Counted from the stretch's first letter, positions 45,781 through 56,962 are shown. The stretch: DNA of 64,000 bases from Sphingobacteriaceae bacterium (GCA_016705695.1 JADJLA010000008.1:2089-66088); one strand, 5' to 3'. Program-made: numbers and translations. Notes: generated by a model from the letters alone, not told the origin.

Positions 45781-45899
45781 AGCCACAAATTGCACGAATT
45801 TTCACTAATCTAAACGCATTAATGAAACCCAAATTAAGCATAGATTGGTGTAATTTTTGTGTAAATACAGATTGGTGAAAATTCTTGGAATTCGTGGCA
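45781..45899. repeat. 119-bp inverted-repeat element built from CACNAAT heptads
   Basis: Left arm agccacaaattgcacgaattttcactaatc versus the reverse complement of the right arm, tgccacgaattccaagaattttcaccaatc. Internal tandem agattggtg repeats. Confidence 0.7.
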
Positions 45900-46235
45900 A
45901 GATACCTTAAACCAGAAAGCATGACTAAAAAACCCTGTTTTTTTTGCTTAAAATGTTTTGTTTGAGAGAAATTTTTAGTATCATTGTATCATAATTCGCT
46001 ATTTGCCTCTTCCGGTGAATAACAATCAATCCAAAAGTCATTAACAGAATCCCAACAATAACCGTTTAATTATGTTTGAAGGAATCACTTTGAACAAAAA
46101 ATCCTTGATCTAAACTAAGAACACATTACATACTGAACATTTAAGAAACTATGGCAGATAAAAAACCTAACCCAAGATCGGATAAAGATCCAGGAAAAAG
46201 AAAAACGTCCTCGCAAGATCGTAAAGCTAGATCCT

Positions 46236-47582
46236 ATGCGCGAAGACTCGGTTCAGGAAACAACAAACGAGGAAGTAGCCGAAGAAGTTATTGCACCTGT
46301 TGAAGAAAAAACAGAAACTGTTGAGTCTGCTACTGAATCAACTTCTTCAAACGAAACCAATGAATCGAACGAGTCGAATTCAAATGAGTCGCATTCGATG
46401 AATGTGAATGAACAAGGACCGCAAACCGAAGAACAAAAAAAGGTAGATAAGGTTTATTATAATTTTGACAATATTGTTTTTGCTACAGGAGTTCTAGAGA
46501 TCATGCCGGATGGTTATGGTTTTTTACGCAGTTCTGATTACAACTATCATAACTCACCTGATGACGTTTACGTTTCTCAATCACAAATAAAATTATTTGG
46601 TTTACGTACAGGTGATGTTGTTACAGGCGGTGTTCGTCCTCCAAAAGAAGGTGAAAAATATTTCCCACTTATTAAGGTTGAACAAATTAATGGTCGCGAG
46701 CCCGGTTTTGTACGTGATCGCGTAATGTTCGAATATCTAACACCATTATTTCCTAACGAAAAAATCAAACTAACCGGTCATCCGCAAGAGAATATGAGTG
46801 TGCGTGTGATGGATATGTTTGCTCCAATTGGTAAAGGGCAGCGTGGTTTAATTGTGGCACAACCAAAAACTGGTAAAACAGTTCTCTTAAAAGATATTGC
46901 GAATGCTATCGCATACAATCATCCCGAAATTTATTTGATCATTTTGTTGATCGATGAGCGTCCGGAAGAGGTAACCGATATGGCCCGTAGTGTAAAAGCG
47001 GAAGTTGTTTCATCAACCTTTGATGAGCCTGCCGATAAACACGTGAAACTTGCTAATATTGTTTTGGAAAAAGCAAAACGTATGGTGGAATGCGGACACG
47101 ATGTAGTTATTTTATTAGATAGTATCACCCGTTTAGCACGTGCATACAATACAGTTTCTCCGGCCAGCGGTAAAGTATTATCGGGTGGGGTGGATGCAAA
47201 TGCCTTACATAAACCAAAACGTTTCTTTGGTGCTGCACGTAAAATTGAGAATGGAGGATCGTTAACTATTATTGCGACAGCATTAACAGAAACAGGAAGT
47301 AAAATGGACGAGGTGATCTTTGAAGAATTTAAAGGAACCGGTAATATGGAATTACAGTTAGATCGTAAATTATCTAATCGTCGTGTATATCCTGCCATTG
47401 ATCTTGTAGCATCATCTACACGCCGCGATGATCTTTTATTGGAAAAAGACATGCTCACGCGGATGTGGATCTTGCGTAAACATTTAGCTGATATGAATCC
47501 GCAAGAAGCTATGGAATTTTTATTGGATAGATTGCGTCGCACGCAAAGCAATGAAGAATTCCTAATTAGTATGAATGGGTAA
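46236..47582 (+). CDS. rho: transcription termination factor Rho (atypical N-terminus)
   Basis: OB-fold RNA-binding region [15 protein letters not shown]...PPKEGEKYF, Walker [17 protein letters not shown], and Q and R loops through to the C-terminus. N-terminal about 75 aa are acidic and Ser/Asn-rich. The start may lie upstream (see findings). Confidence 0.95.
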   Translation: MREDSVQETTNEEVAEEVIAPVEEKTETVESATESTSSNETNESNESNSNESHSMNVNEQGPQTEEQKKVDKVYYNFDNIVFATGVLEIMPDGYGFLRSSDYNYHNSPDDVYVSQSQIKLFGLRTGDVVTGGVRPPKEGEKYFPLIKVEQINGREPGFVRDRVMFEYLTPLFPNEKIKLTGHPQENMSVRVMDMFAPIGKGQRGLIVAQPKTGKTVLLKDIANAIAYNHPEIYLIILLIDERPEEVTDMARSVKAEVVSSTFDEPADKHVKLANIVLEKAKRMVECGHDVVILLDSITRLARAYNTVSPASGKVLSGGVDANALHKPKRFFGAARKIENGGSLTIIATALTETGSKMDEVIFEEFKGTGNMELQLDRKLSNRRVYPAIDLVASSTRRDDLLLEKDMLTRMWILRKHLADMNPQEAMEFLLDRLRRTQSNEEFLISMNG

Positions 47583-47593
47583 ACAAATTTAAA

Positions 47594-48100
47594 ATGAGCA
47601 AAAAAGCACTTCTTCTCGCTGTTATTTATTCTGCATTGGTTATAGCCCTAAAACTTTTTATTTGGCAAGGCGGGCACACATTTGACATGGCTTACAGATG
47701 GGCGCATTCATTTTCTGTATTGGCAATAGTTCCGTTCATTATTTTTGGAATAAAATGGATTCGTGATACTGATAGAGGTGGTTTTGTGGGTGGTAAACAA
47801 GCTGGGCGTATTGGTCTACAAATTGCAATGTTCTCAATTATTTTTTTATTTATTTACAATTACATTGAGTTTAAAAATAGTATGGAATTGTACAAAGCAT
47901 ATTATCATGGCCCTGAATTCTTTTCAGTTCTTGAAAAAGACCCACAAGCAAAAAAAATTGGTTACGATAAAGCAATTGAAATGATGATCTCAGAATTATC
48001 TCCGTTCAAGGCATCAACAATGAAAATGTTCTCTTTAGTGGTGATCTCTTTTCCTTGCGCATTTTTGTGCGCGGTGTTTATGAAAAAAAGTCAAGCTTAA
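47594..48100 (+). CDS. small four-TM membrane protein (DUF4199-like)
   Basis: 168 aa with four hydrophobic helices. The family name is from memory and is uncertain. Confidence 0.6.
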   Translation: MSKKALLLAVIYSALVIALKLFIWQGGHTFDMAYRWAHSFSVLAIVPFIIFGIKWIRDTDRGGFVGGKQAGRIGLQIAMFSIIFLFIYNYIEFKNSMELYKAYYHGPEFFSVLEKDPQAKKIGYDKAIEMMISELSPFKASTMKMFSLVVISFPCAFLCAVFMKKSQA

Positions 48101-48103
48101 TTT

Positions 48104-48226
48104 GTGTTTGTAAGAAAACGCCAATTTCTTCGTTATACAGACTTTTCAAAATCCTCATTTACAAAAAGTAAACTCCGGCTTTGAAAAATCTGCATGCCTC
48201 GAACTTGACGTTTTCTTATCAAACAC
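48104..48226. repeat. 123-bp extended-hairpin repeat X, copy 1
   Basis: 48104-48120 pairs with 48209-48226 (17 bp, one bulge). 48138-48150 pairs with 48180-48192 (12 of 13). Apex contains tcatttacaaaaagtaaactcc. Homologous to 56992-57114 in reverse orientation. Confidence 0.8.
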
Positions 48227-48255
48227 AGGGTTTACACTCAGAAACTAGTTCAGGT

Positions 48256-49104
48256 TTAGTCTACTTCACCTGTTTGATTCGATAGATTTTTAGCGCTGGT
48301 GATATCCATTTTTATACTTCCAATGATGATGTTTGCTTGAACACGCATAGGGATGTGGTTCTTATCATCACTGATCCAAACGTTAAGATCGTCCTCGCTC
48401 TTAAATATACGCCCTTTTTGAACAACAGGTCTAAAGCGTAAACATTTGAATTTACCAATATCTGTTTTAATAGTTTCTCTCCCTATAAATTTTATTTTCA
48501 CAGGCCAAATTTCTTTGTCCACAAAACTATTCAGCGAAAAAAGATCACCGGGTTTAGCATTACTAAGATCCAAGCTGCGTGCAGTATAAAATGCACTCAC
48601 CATATCTTGAATACCCGAAGGCACATCAAATTTTTCACCATTACCAATGTCTACTTTTTTGGTATAATGGTTGAATACATAATCTTGACTAAACTTAAAT
48701 CCACCTTCATCTACACGACGTACAAATAACCAAGGCACCATAGCGTCTCTATCCATATATGTTTCGTAACGATCGCGAACTTTAAAGAACCAATCAGCAG
48801 CACCATTGGTATAGCCATTAGCAACAATGTGCATTACTTTTCGTCCGCTCACATCCAATAATTGTGGCTTCACTTCAAGTACAGCAACTCCTGCGTTCAA
48901 AGCACCGTAATGCAAGCGGTAAGTTAAGACCTCACCTTCTTTAAATGCAGTGTTTGGTTTATCAGGTAAATTTTCATTTGAACCCACAAATGAAATTTGT
49001 TGTTCAATGGTTTCGGTTCTGCTCAATTTATATCCGGCCGAGCATAAAACAAAAAGTATCATCGCCGTGGCTGAAAATAATTTAAGTTTTTTTGTTGCTT
49101 TCAT
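48256..49104 (-). CDS. hypothetical secreted protein (possibly DUF3108)
   Basis: 282 aa with signal peptide and a YRLHYGALNAGVAVLEV strand reminiscent of DUF3108. The family is uncertain. Confidence 0.6.
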   Translation of the reverse strand: MKATKKLKLFSATAMILFVLCSAGYKLSRTETIEQQISFVGSNENLPDKPNTAFKEGEVLTYRLHYGALNAGVAVLEVKPQLLDVSGRKVMHIVANGYTNGAADWFFKVRDRYETYMDRDAMVPWLFVRRVDEGGFKFSQDYVFNHYTKKVDIGNGEKFDVPSGIQDMVSAFYTARSLDLSNAKPGDLFSLNSFVDKEIWPVKIKFIGRETIKTDIGKFKCLRFRPVVQKGRIFKSEDDLNVWISDDKNHIPMRVQANIIIGSIKMDITSAKNLSNQTGEVD

Positions 49105-49161
49105 TTTAATACAATTTACAACATATGATTACCAAATAGCATGCCAGTTCAAAAATTAAAA

Positions 49162-50487
49162 TTAAAAATTTGTTAAACCATTCACAACTTCCATTATCTC
49201 AAGCCTTTTCTCGCTAAGAGTTTTATACAGGTTTGGATCCTTAACCGCCCTTGCGATGCCATTTGTTTTGAGCATAAAAAAGTGAAACAATAAGGCAAAT
49301 CGTGAAGAAAGTAGTAAAACTACCAAGCTCACAAGAGGATAAATGATATTTGGCGAGAAGGTGTAGAGTAAAAAGAACCAGCCAATAAAAACAAAAATGA
49401 AAATAAACGTACCAAAGCCAAGTGCCATAGAAGCGTAAAATTCTTTATTGCGTTTAACTACCTTTTTGGTGGCCGTTTCGCTCAATTTATAGGGCAAATA
49501 GGAGCTTAACCAGCCAAGCATATAGCTCGGCAGGCCTAAAATGGTCAATATATACCTGAAAATGAGGTTGTTATAACTTGTTTTTTTTCGATTCAGAGGG
49601 TCTATTATCCAGTCGCGGAGTTTGTTTTTTCGCAAAAGGGTATGGTAATCGTGGGAGTTTTGCCTCAAAATGGCCGTTTTTTCGGGTTCCAGTTCGTCCA
49701 AATTGTTTATAAGCTCCGTAAGATGGCTTGTTACCTCAAATTCATTCTCAAGCGAGTTTTTAAGGTTTTTACGTTTTAGCCAGTCTTTCATCACCATTGC
49801 TTCAAGCTCTACAACCAGCGCATCATTCTCTTTGTTTTTGATATGAGTTACTAATTCGCGCATTCGCGAATCGAGTAATTCGAGGAATTGTTTTTGGGTA
49901 CGCGCCGGATTTTCTTTATGCGCCCCCGCCAGATCGCTTATCCTTATTGGGTTTCCAACGTTGTAAAATAATTTACTTCGCATTTTTGATGGAGCCGAAT
50001 AATTTAAACCAACAGGAACAACAATAAGATCTTTAGTATTCAAATGCTCATAAGCGCCAAATACCATGCGGGCCACACCTTTTTTCAAAGGGCGTAATCG
50101 TCTTTCTTGAATGCAAAGTCCTTCGGCAAATATGATGATCTTAGCGTTTTTCTTAAGGAGTTTATTCACAACTCTGTAGGATTCATCGTTCTTCAAAAGT
50201 CCTTCTCTTCCACCATCACGCATCCTAAAAATAGGCACAACACCCAATTGACTAAGTAAAAAATTGGCTATTCCCGGTTTAAAAGCATCGCCGCGTGCCA
50301 TGTATCTTACGCGTGTTGGATAAGATAGCCAAGTAATACAAACGGGGTCCATAAAGGCATTCGGATGATTCATGGCAATGATCACCGGACCCTTTACTTG
50401 AAATCTGTCCAAATTTTTGCCCTCTATCTTCTTATAAAAAGAGGGTATAGCGAACGAAACAAGGTATCGGGTAATGTGCCAGATCAT
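49162..50487 (-). CDS. lysophospholipid (1-acyl-sn-glycerol-3-phosphate) acyltransferase family protein with C-terminal membrane domain
   Basis: HX4D motif NHPNAFMDP, FAEG motif, C-terminal TM helices. Confidence 0.75.
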   Translation of the reverse strand: MIWHITRYLVSFAIPSFYKKIEGKNLDRFQVKGPVIIAMNHPNAFMDPVCITWLSYPTRVRYMARGDAFKPGIANFLLSQLGVVPIFRMRDGGREGLLKNDESYRVVNKLLKKNAKIIIFAEGLCIQERRLRPLKKGVARMVFGAYEHLNTKDLIVVPVGLNYSAPSKMRSKLFYNVGNPIRISDLAGAHKENPARTQKQFLELLDSRMRELVTHIKNKENDALVVELEAMVMKDWLKRKNLKNSLENEFEVTSHLTELINNLDELEPEKTAILRQNSHDYHTLLRKNKLRDWIIDPLNRKKTSYNNLIFRYILTILGLPSYMLGWLSSYLPYKLSETATKKVVKRNKEFYASMALGFGTFIFIFVFIGWFFLLYTFSPNIIYPLVSLVVLLLSSRFALLFHFFMLKTNGIARAVKDPNLYKTLSEKRLEIMEVVNGLTNF

Positions 50488-50620
50488 ACGTCAAAAATCA
50501 AGCTAAAAAGCGGTAATTTCTTGTAAAAATACTATTAATATTTTGTTAGTAAAATTTGGCTAAAAAGACATCTAAAAAACGGTAAAAAATCGATATATTT
50601 AAAGGATAAACAAAAGATAA

Positions 50621-52588
<1,968 letters not shown>

Positions 52589-52610
52589 TAGTTTAGAGAA
52601 ATTAAAATGA

Positions 52611-52640
52611 AAATGCCGGTAGAAATACTGGCATTTTTTG
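52611..52640 (+). terminator. intrinsic terminator after gyrB
   Basis: aaatgccggt-agaaat-actggcattt followed by tttg. Confidence 0.7.
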
Positions 52641-52686
52641 TTTATCCAAACTCAAATGAAACGATCAGATCTTTTCTGTAACTCTT

Positions 52687-53229
52687 TTATGGATTGAGTT
52701 TATATAGTTTGAACTCATTAACGCTATAGATCATAAAGCAATAACTTGTGCCTGAATTCACAAAATCTTTGATCTTTTGATCGGTAAGCACATCACTCGT
52801 TAAAATAAATTCAATATTGAATTTCACCACTTCTTTTCGAATGTCAAATTTTTCTTGCTGTGGGTTAATTGCCACAGAGTGCATGGTTGTATAAAGTGCG
52901 AGTGCTCTAGGTTTATCAAACTCAACTATTGTTCCTGGTTCTAAATTTTGATTGATGTACTCAAACATTTTTTGTGCTTCAGGTTTGTTCGGACCTTCGT
53001 AAATAACGTTTGTTTCATCCAATATTTTCTCAACCTGTTCGTGATAAGAGAATAATGTTAATGCTCCAAAAGCCACAGCCAGCTTAGGTCCCGACATGTT
53101 GAGCGCATTAAAAGAGATCCTTAAGCCTTCAATAGCAAACAAAAAAATGAGTGGAAGGATCGGAAACAAGAACCTCATTCCGGCATCACCGTATTTAAAA
53201 GAAACGATCACTAAAATATAACCAATCAT
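52687..53229 (-). CDS. C-terminal part of a membrane glycosyltransferase-like protein (GT39/ArnT/PMT_2-like), or a separate coupled ORF
   Basis: Two TM helices with an RFLFPILP motif, then a soluble domain. ATGA overlap with the upstream ORF. Confidence 0.55.
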   Translation of the reverse strand: MIGYILVIVSFKYGDAGMRFLFPILPLIFLFAIEGLRISFNALNMSGPKLAVAFGALTLFSYHEQVEKILDETNVIYEGPNKPEAQKMFEYINQNLEPGTIVEFDKPRALALYTTMHSVAINPQQEKFDIRKEVVKFNIEFILTSDVLTDQKIKDFVNSGTSYCFMIYSVNEFKLYKLNP

Positions 53230-54131
53230 GTATAAAACAACAGGACTTGTTCGGTTAGTTTTAAAAATTTGATAAAGCCAATAAAACTAAAAGCGATCAA
53301 TGCACCTGATGCAATAACACCAATATAATAGTAGTTTTTAATTTCATATGAATCAAAAAAGGTATCGAGTTTATCAAAATTGTACGAGAGCTGTTTGTTT
53401 AAATTCAACCAAAAATTCTCCGTATCAAAAAGCCCTGGATAATTGGCTTCACAAGGGAAAGCGAGGTTCAGTCCGAAATATAACACCAAAAATGAACTTA
53501 AAGAGATGATGAGAAATTTGTATGGATTTGCCTCACTTGTTTTTTTTGTATTCAATAGTTTGTAAACAATAAGCACGCCCAATAAAATAAAACCTATGCT
53601 TCTAATATGAACCGTAAATGCGACCAAAAGTCCTGTTACGATCGACAGCCAAAGCTTTTCTTCTTTATCAATTAAATACACACATAATAAAGAGAAGAAC
53701 ATGAAAGGAAGATCTGAAAGTATTTCGGTTTTAAATTGGATCATCATGGGGTTGTAAGCAATGATGAGCGTTGTAGTAAGTGCGGTTAAATAACTAAAAT
53801 GTTTGCGAAAAAATAAAAAACCAACAAAGCAGCCTAACATCCAAAAGAGCGAGATGAGTTTGTTTAAGCTCATTAAATTATCCTTACTGAACTTGCTAAA
53901 AACCGCTAAAACCAAAGGAAATCCGGTAGGGTAGGCGGTAGGACCAATAAAATAATTATCATTATAAATATAGCCGGTGTTGTTTTGCGATTCGCCAATT
54001 AAAATGTTTTGAGCTTGGTGAATGTACTGTGCAAAATCGTCGCCCCAATCGTGCGAATTTTTTATATTAATAAATAATAAAGGCAAAAGAAGAGCAAGTA
54101 CAATGCTGTATAGACCGATCTTCTTTACCAT
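53226..54131 (-). CDS. N-terminal multi-TM part of a membrane glycosyltransferase-like protein (GT39/ArnT/PMT_2-like)
   Basis: 301 aa, about 8 TM helices, first-loop acidic motif HDWGDDFAQY like the GT-C DxD/ExD loops. Confidence 0.55.
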   Translation of the reverse strand: MVKKIGLYSIVLALLLPLLFINIKNSHDWGDDFAQYIHQAQNILIGESQNNTGYIYNDNYFIGPTAYPTGFPLVLAVFSKFSKDNLMSLNKLISLFWMLGCFVGFLFFRKHFSYLTALTTTLIIAYNPMMIQFKTEILSDLPFMFFSLLCVYLIDKEEKLWLSIVTGLLVAFTVHIRSIGFILLGVLIVYKLLNTKKTSEANPYKFLIISLSSFLVLYFGLNLAFPCEANYPGLFDTENFWLNLNKQLSYNFDKLDTFFDSYEIKNYYYIGVIASGALIAFSFIGFIKFLKLTEQVLLFYT

Positions 54132-54147
54132 AATTTAAAATAAGAAA

Positions 54148-56241
54148 TTAATAAGCTAAAAGTTCAGCAATAGCTTGCTCAACTTTTTCGGGATTAGGTA
54201 ACATGGTTTTTTCCAAAATGGAATTCAATGGTATTGCAGGTAAATTTTTTGAGCCAATAACTTTTACCGGCGCATCTAAACTCTGAAAACAATTTTCAGA
54301 AATTCGTGAAGCAATACCCTGCGCAAAACCATTTAGCACCGGCTCTTCGGTTAATACAATTACCTTGCTATGTTTACGAGCACTTGCAAAAATAGCTTCT
54401 TCATCTAAAGGCATTATAGTTCTAAGATCAACAATTTCAATTTGTCCTTCAAACTTTTTTGCGGCTTCTTTTGCCCAATACACTCCCATGCCGTAGGTAA
54501 TGATGCTCAATGTTTTTCCTTGTGAAATTAATTCTTCATTTGCTTCCAAAACCATGCGTGCTTTTCCAAATGGAATAATATATTCTTCATCGGGCTCAAT
54601 GGTTTTTGCTTCTTCTGTACCTTTTATTTTGCTCCAGTATAATCCTTTGTGCTCTAACATCACCACAGGATTTGGATCATAATAAGCTGCTTTCATTAAA
54701 CCTTTCAAGTCGGCTCCTGTACTTGGATACGCAATTTTTATTCCGCGAATATTTGCCAATACACTTTCTACTGAACTTGAATGATATGGTCCGCCACTTC
54801 CGTAAGCACCAATTGGTACACGCAAGATCATGCTCACAGGCCATTTTCCATTGGTTAAATAACAACTGCGACTAACTTCGGTAAATAATTGGTTTAAGCC
54901 CGGCCAAATATAATCGGCAAACTGAACTTCTACAATTGGTTTTAATCCAACAGCACTCATACCAACAGTTGAACCAACAATAAATGCTTCTTGAATTGGC
55001 GTATTAAAAACTCTGTGGTCGCCAAATTGTTGTGCTAATGTTGCTGCTTCTCTAAAAACTCCGCCAAGCCTTGCTCCAACGTCTTGTCCGTACAACAAAC
55101 ATTCGGGATGCTTATCCATTAACTCTCTTATAGCAAACAGTGCGCTATCCACCATTACAGTTGGTTGTTTTCCTTCGGGTTTGCGTTGGCCTTTTTCTTC
55201 GGTTACTTCTGTTGGTGCAAACTCATGTGTTTCCAGATCCTCCGGTGTTGGATCTTCTTCTTGTAGCGCTATTCTATATTGATCTTCAACATAAATAGCA
55301 GTTTCTTCCTCTATCTTTTTTATTTCATTGGCATCAACACCACCAATAATTAACTGATTGCGTAAACGTGGCAATGGATCTTTTTTCGCCGATTCTTCTA
55401 GATCGTGTCGGTACCATTCTTTACGTACACCGCTAGTGTGATGATTTAGCAAAGGAACTTTTGCATGGATCAACATCGGACGTCTTTCATCGCGAATGAT
55501 ATTCAAACATTCTTGTACGGTATTATAACTTAAAATAAAATCAGTGCCGTCAATGGTTCTTACTTCTAAACCACTAAATCCCTTGGCAAATTCGGTAATA
55601 TCTTGGGCGCGAATTTCTTTGGCGTGCGCGCTAATATCCCATTCATTATCTTGAACTAAATATAGAATTGGTAACTTTCTGAGCACGGCCATTTGAAACG
55701 CTTCCGAAACTTCTCCTTCTGTACAACTGGCATCTCCTAGTGAACAAACAGCAACCGGATTTTTTCCGTTAAAGTTTGGATAAAGCGCCATCTTTTCTTT
55801 GTACTGAATTCCCATGGCAATTCCGGTGGTTGGAATAGCCTGCATCCCTGTAGCGCTTGATTGGTGAGGGATCTGTGGCATATCATCTCTTCGTAAACTT
55901 GGATGAGAATAATACGTTCTTCCTCCCGAAAAAATATCAGTACGCTTTGCCAATAATTGCAACATCAGGTCAAAAGGCGTAAGTCCAATAGAAAGCAACA
56001 TGCTGTCATCGCGATAATAAGCGCTCAAAAAATCTTGTGGTAATAATTGCAAACCCATGGCAATTTGAATAGCCTCATGACCCCGACTTGTAGCATGCAC
56101 ATATTTAGCGGTAACCTCTTTGTTTGCCTCATAAAGTTCAGTTAAACTTTTTGCAGTACACATTAAACGATAAGCCTTTTTTAGGGTGTCAAGAGGGATC
56201 TTTGTCTTCACATTAGTGGGCTTTAAGGTCGGGTCTTCCAT
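54148..56241 (-). CDS. 2-oxoacid (branched-chain type) dehydrogenase E1 component, fused alpha/beta subunits
   Basis: N-terminal TPP-binding E1 alpha (GDASCTEGE...NEWDIS) fused to the E1 beta transketolase-like Pyr and C-terminal domains. ATG at 56241 (MEDPTLKP) preferred over 56298. Confidence 0.85.
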   Translation of the reverse strand: MEDPTLKPTNVKTKIPLDTLKKAYRLMCTAKSLTELYEANKEVTAKYVHATSRGHEAIQIAMGLQLLPQDFLSAYYRDDSMLLSIGLTPFDLMLQLLAKRTDIFSGGRTYYSHPSLRRDDMPQIPHQSSATGMQAIPTTGIAMGIQYKEKMALYPNFNGKNPVAVCSLGDASCTEGEVSEAFQMAVLRKLPILYLVQDNEWDISAHAKEIRAQDITEFAKGFSGLEVRTIDGTDFILSYNTVQECLNIIRDERRPMLIHAKVPLLNHHTSGVRKEWYRHDLEESAKKDPLPRLRNQLIIGGVDANEIKKIEEETAIYVEDQYRIALQEEDPTPEDLETHEFAPTEVTEEKGQRKPEGKQPTVMVDSALFAIRELMDKHPECLLYGQDVGARLGGVFREAATLAQQFGDHRVFNTPIQEAFIVGSTVGMSAVGLKPIVEVQFADYIWPGLNQLFTEVSRSCYLTNGKWPVSMILRVPIGAYGSGGPYHSSSVESVLANIRGIKIAYPSTGADLKGLMKAAYYDPNPVVMLEHKGLYWSKIKGTEEAKTIEPDEEYIIPFGKARMVLEANEELISQGKTLSIITYGMGVYWAKEAAKKFEGQIEIVDLRTIMPLDEEAIFASARKHSKVIVLTEEPVLNGFAQGIASRISENCFQSLDAPVKVIGSKNLPAIPLNSILEKTMLPNPEKVEQAIAELLAY

Positions 56242-56399
56242 GGTTTTACGTAAGCCTTTAAAGATAATTTTAAATATATACCTACGCAAGCAAATCACCC
56301 CTTTGTTAACAACTCCATGTAAATAACTCTGTGTAAAGCTTTGAATTTTAACAGTTTATAGGGGGTAACTTTAAGCTAATTGAGCTGCATTTTTTTCAC

Positions 56400-56615
56400 A
56401 TGAAAAACAATGTTCTAAATATTATTTTGTCGGCACCAAAAACTACAGTTTTGGCGCTGAGTTTGTCGTTTTTTATTTCTTCCTGTCATCACAAAAAAGA
56501 CGTGGAAGATAAGATCACCATTAAATCAACATCTTCCAATAAAGTTGCTATCGTTGCTCAAAATTATCTATCACCGAAAAGGAAGTTCGCAGTAAAAAAT
56601 TGTATTCGTTCATAA
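56400..56615 (+). CDS. NlpC/P60 lipoprotein, N-terminal fragment (signal peptide/lipobox), frame broken
   Basis: Signal peptide with ISSC lipobox. The frame ends at 56615, and the catalytic domain continues in the -1 frame. Confidence 0.65.
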   Translation: MKNNVLNIILSAPKTTVLALSLSFFISSCHHKKDVEDKITIKSTSSNKVAIVAQNYLSPKRKFAVKNCIRS

Positions 56616-56962
56616 GCGATTGGTATGGCACCGTATACAAATACGGTGGTTGTGATAAAAATGGCATTGATTGCAGTTGTTTTACGGGACTTCTTTATAA
56701 AAAAGTATATGGCGTAACGGTTGGCCGCAACACTTCACTTATTTATAAGGAGGCAGATCATATAAAAACTAGTCATTTACGCGAAGGTGACCTTGTGTTT
56801 TTTAACGCGGGAACCAAAGATGTGAGCCACGTTGGCGTGTATTTAAAGGATAATAAATTTGTGCACGCCAGTACCTCAAAAGGGGTTATGATAAACGACC
56901 TTAATGAGACCTATTACAAAAAATATTACTACGGGGCGGGAAGGGTTAAATTGCATCTCTGA
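56600..56962 (+). CDS. NlpC/P60 (C40) cell-wall peptidase catalytic domain
   Basis: GTVYKYGGCDKNGIDCSCF catalytic Cys motif and a downstream SHVGVY His motif. The frame is open back to 56543. Confidence 0.8.
   Translation: MYSFISDWYGTVYKYGGCDKNGIDCSCFTGLLYKKVYGVTVGRNTSLIYKEADHIKTSHLREGDLVFFNAGTKDVSHVGVYLKDNKFVHASTSKGVMINDLNETYYKKYYYGAGRVKLHL

Noticed and set aside
45921-46113. Two tiny ORFs in the rho leader (a 14-aa four-Cys peptide and the 13-aa MFEGITLNKKSLI) as real genes or remnants of the Rho N-terminal domain
   Set aside because: They are too short and unsupported. Neither resembles the Rho helix bundle in sequence, even when frames are combined. They are mentioned only as possible leader features.
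46931-47551. 206-aa ORF antisense to rho
   Set aside because: It lies entirely within the strongly conserved rho coding region on the opposite strand. Its Ser/Arg-rich, low-complexity translation is typical of antisense frames of AT-rich genes, and it has no start context.
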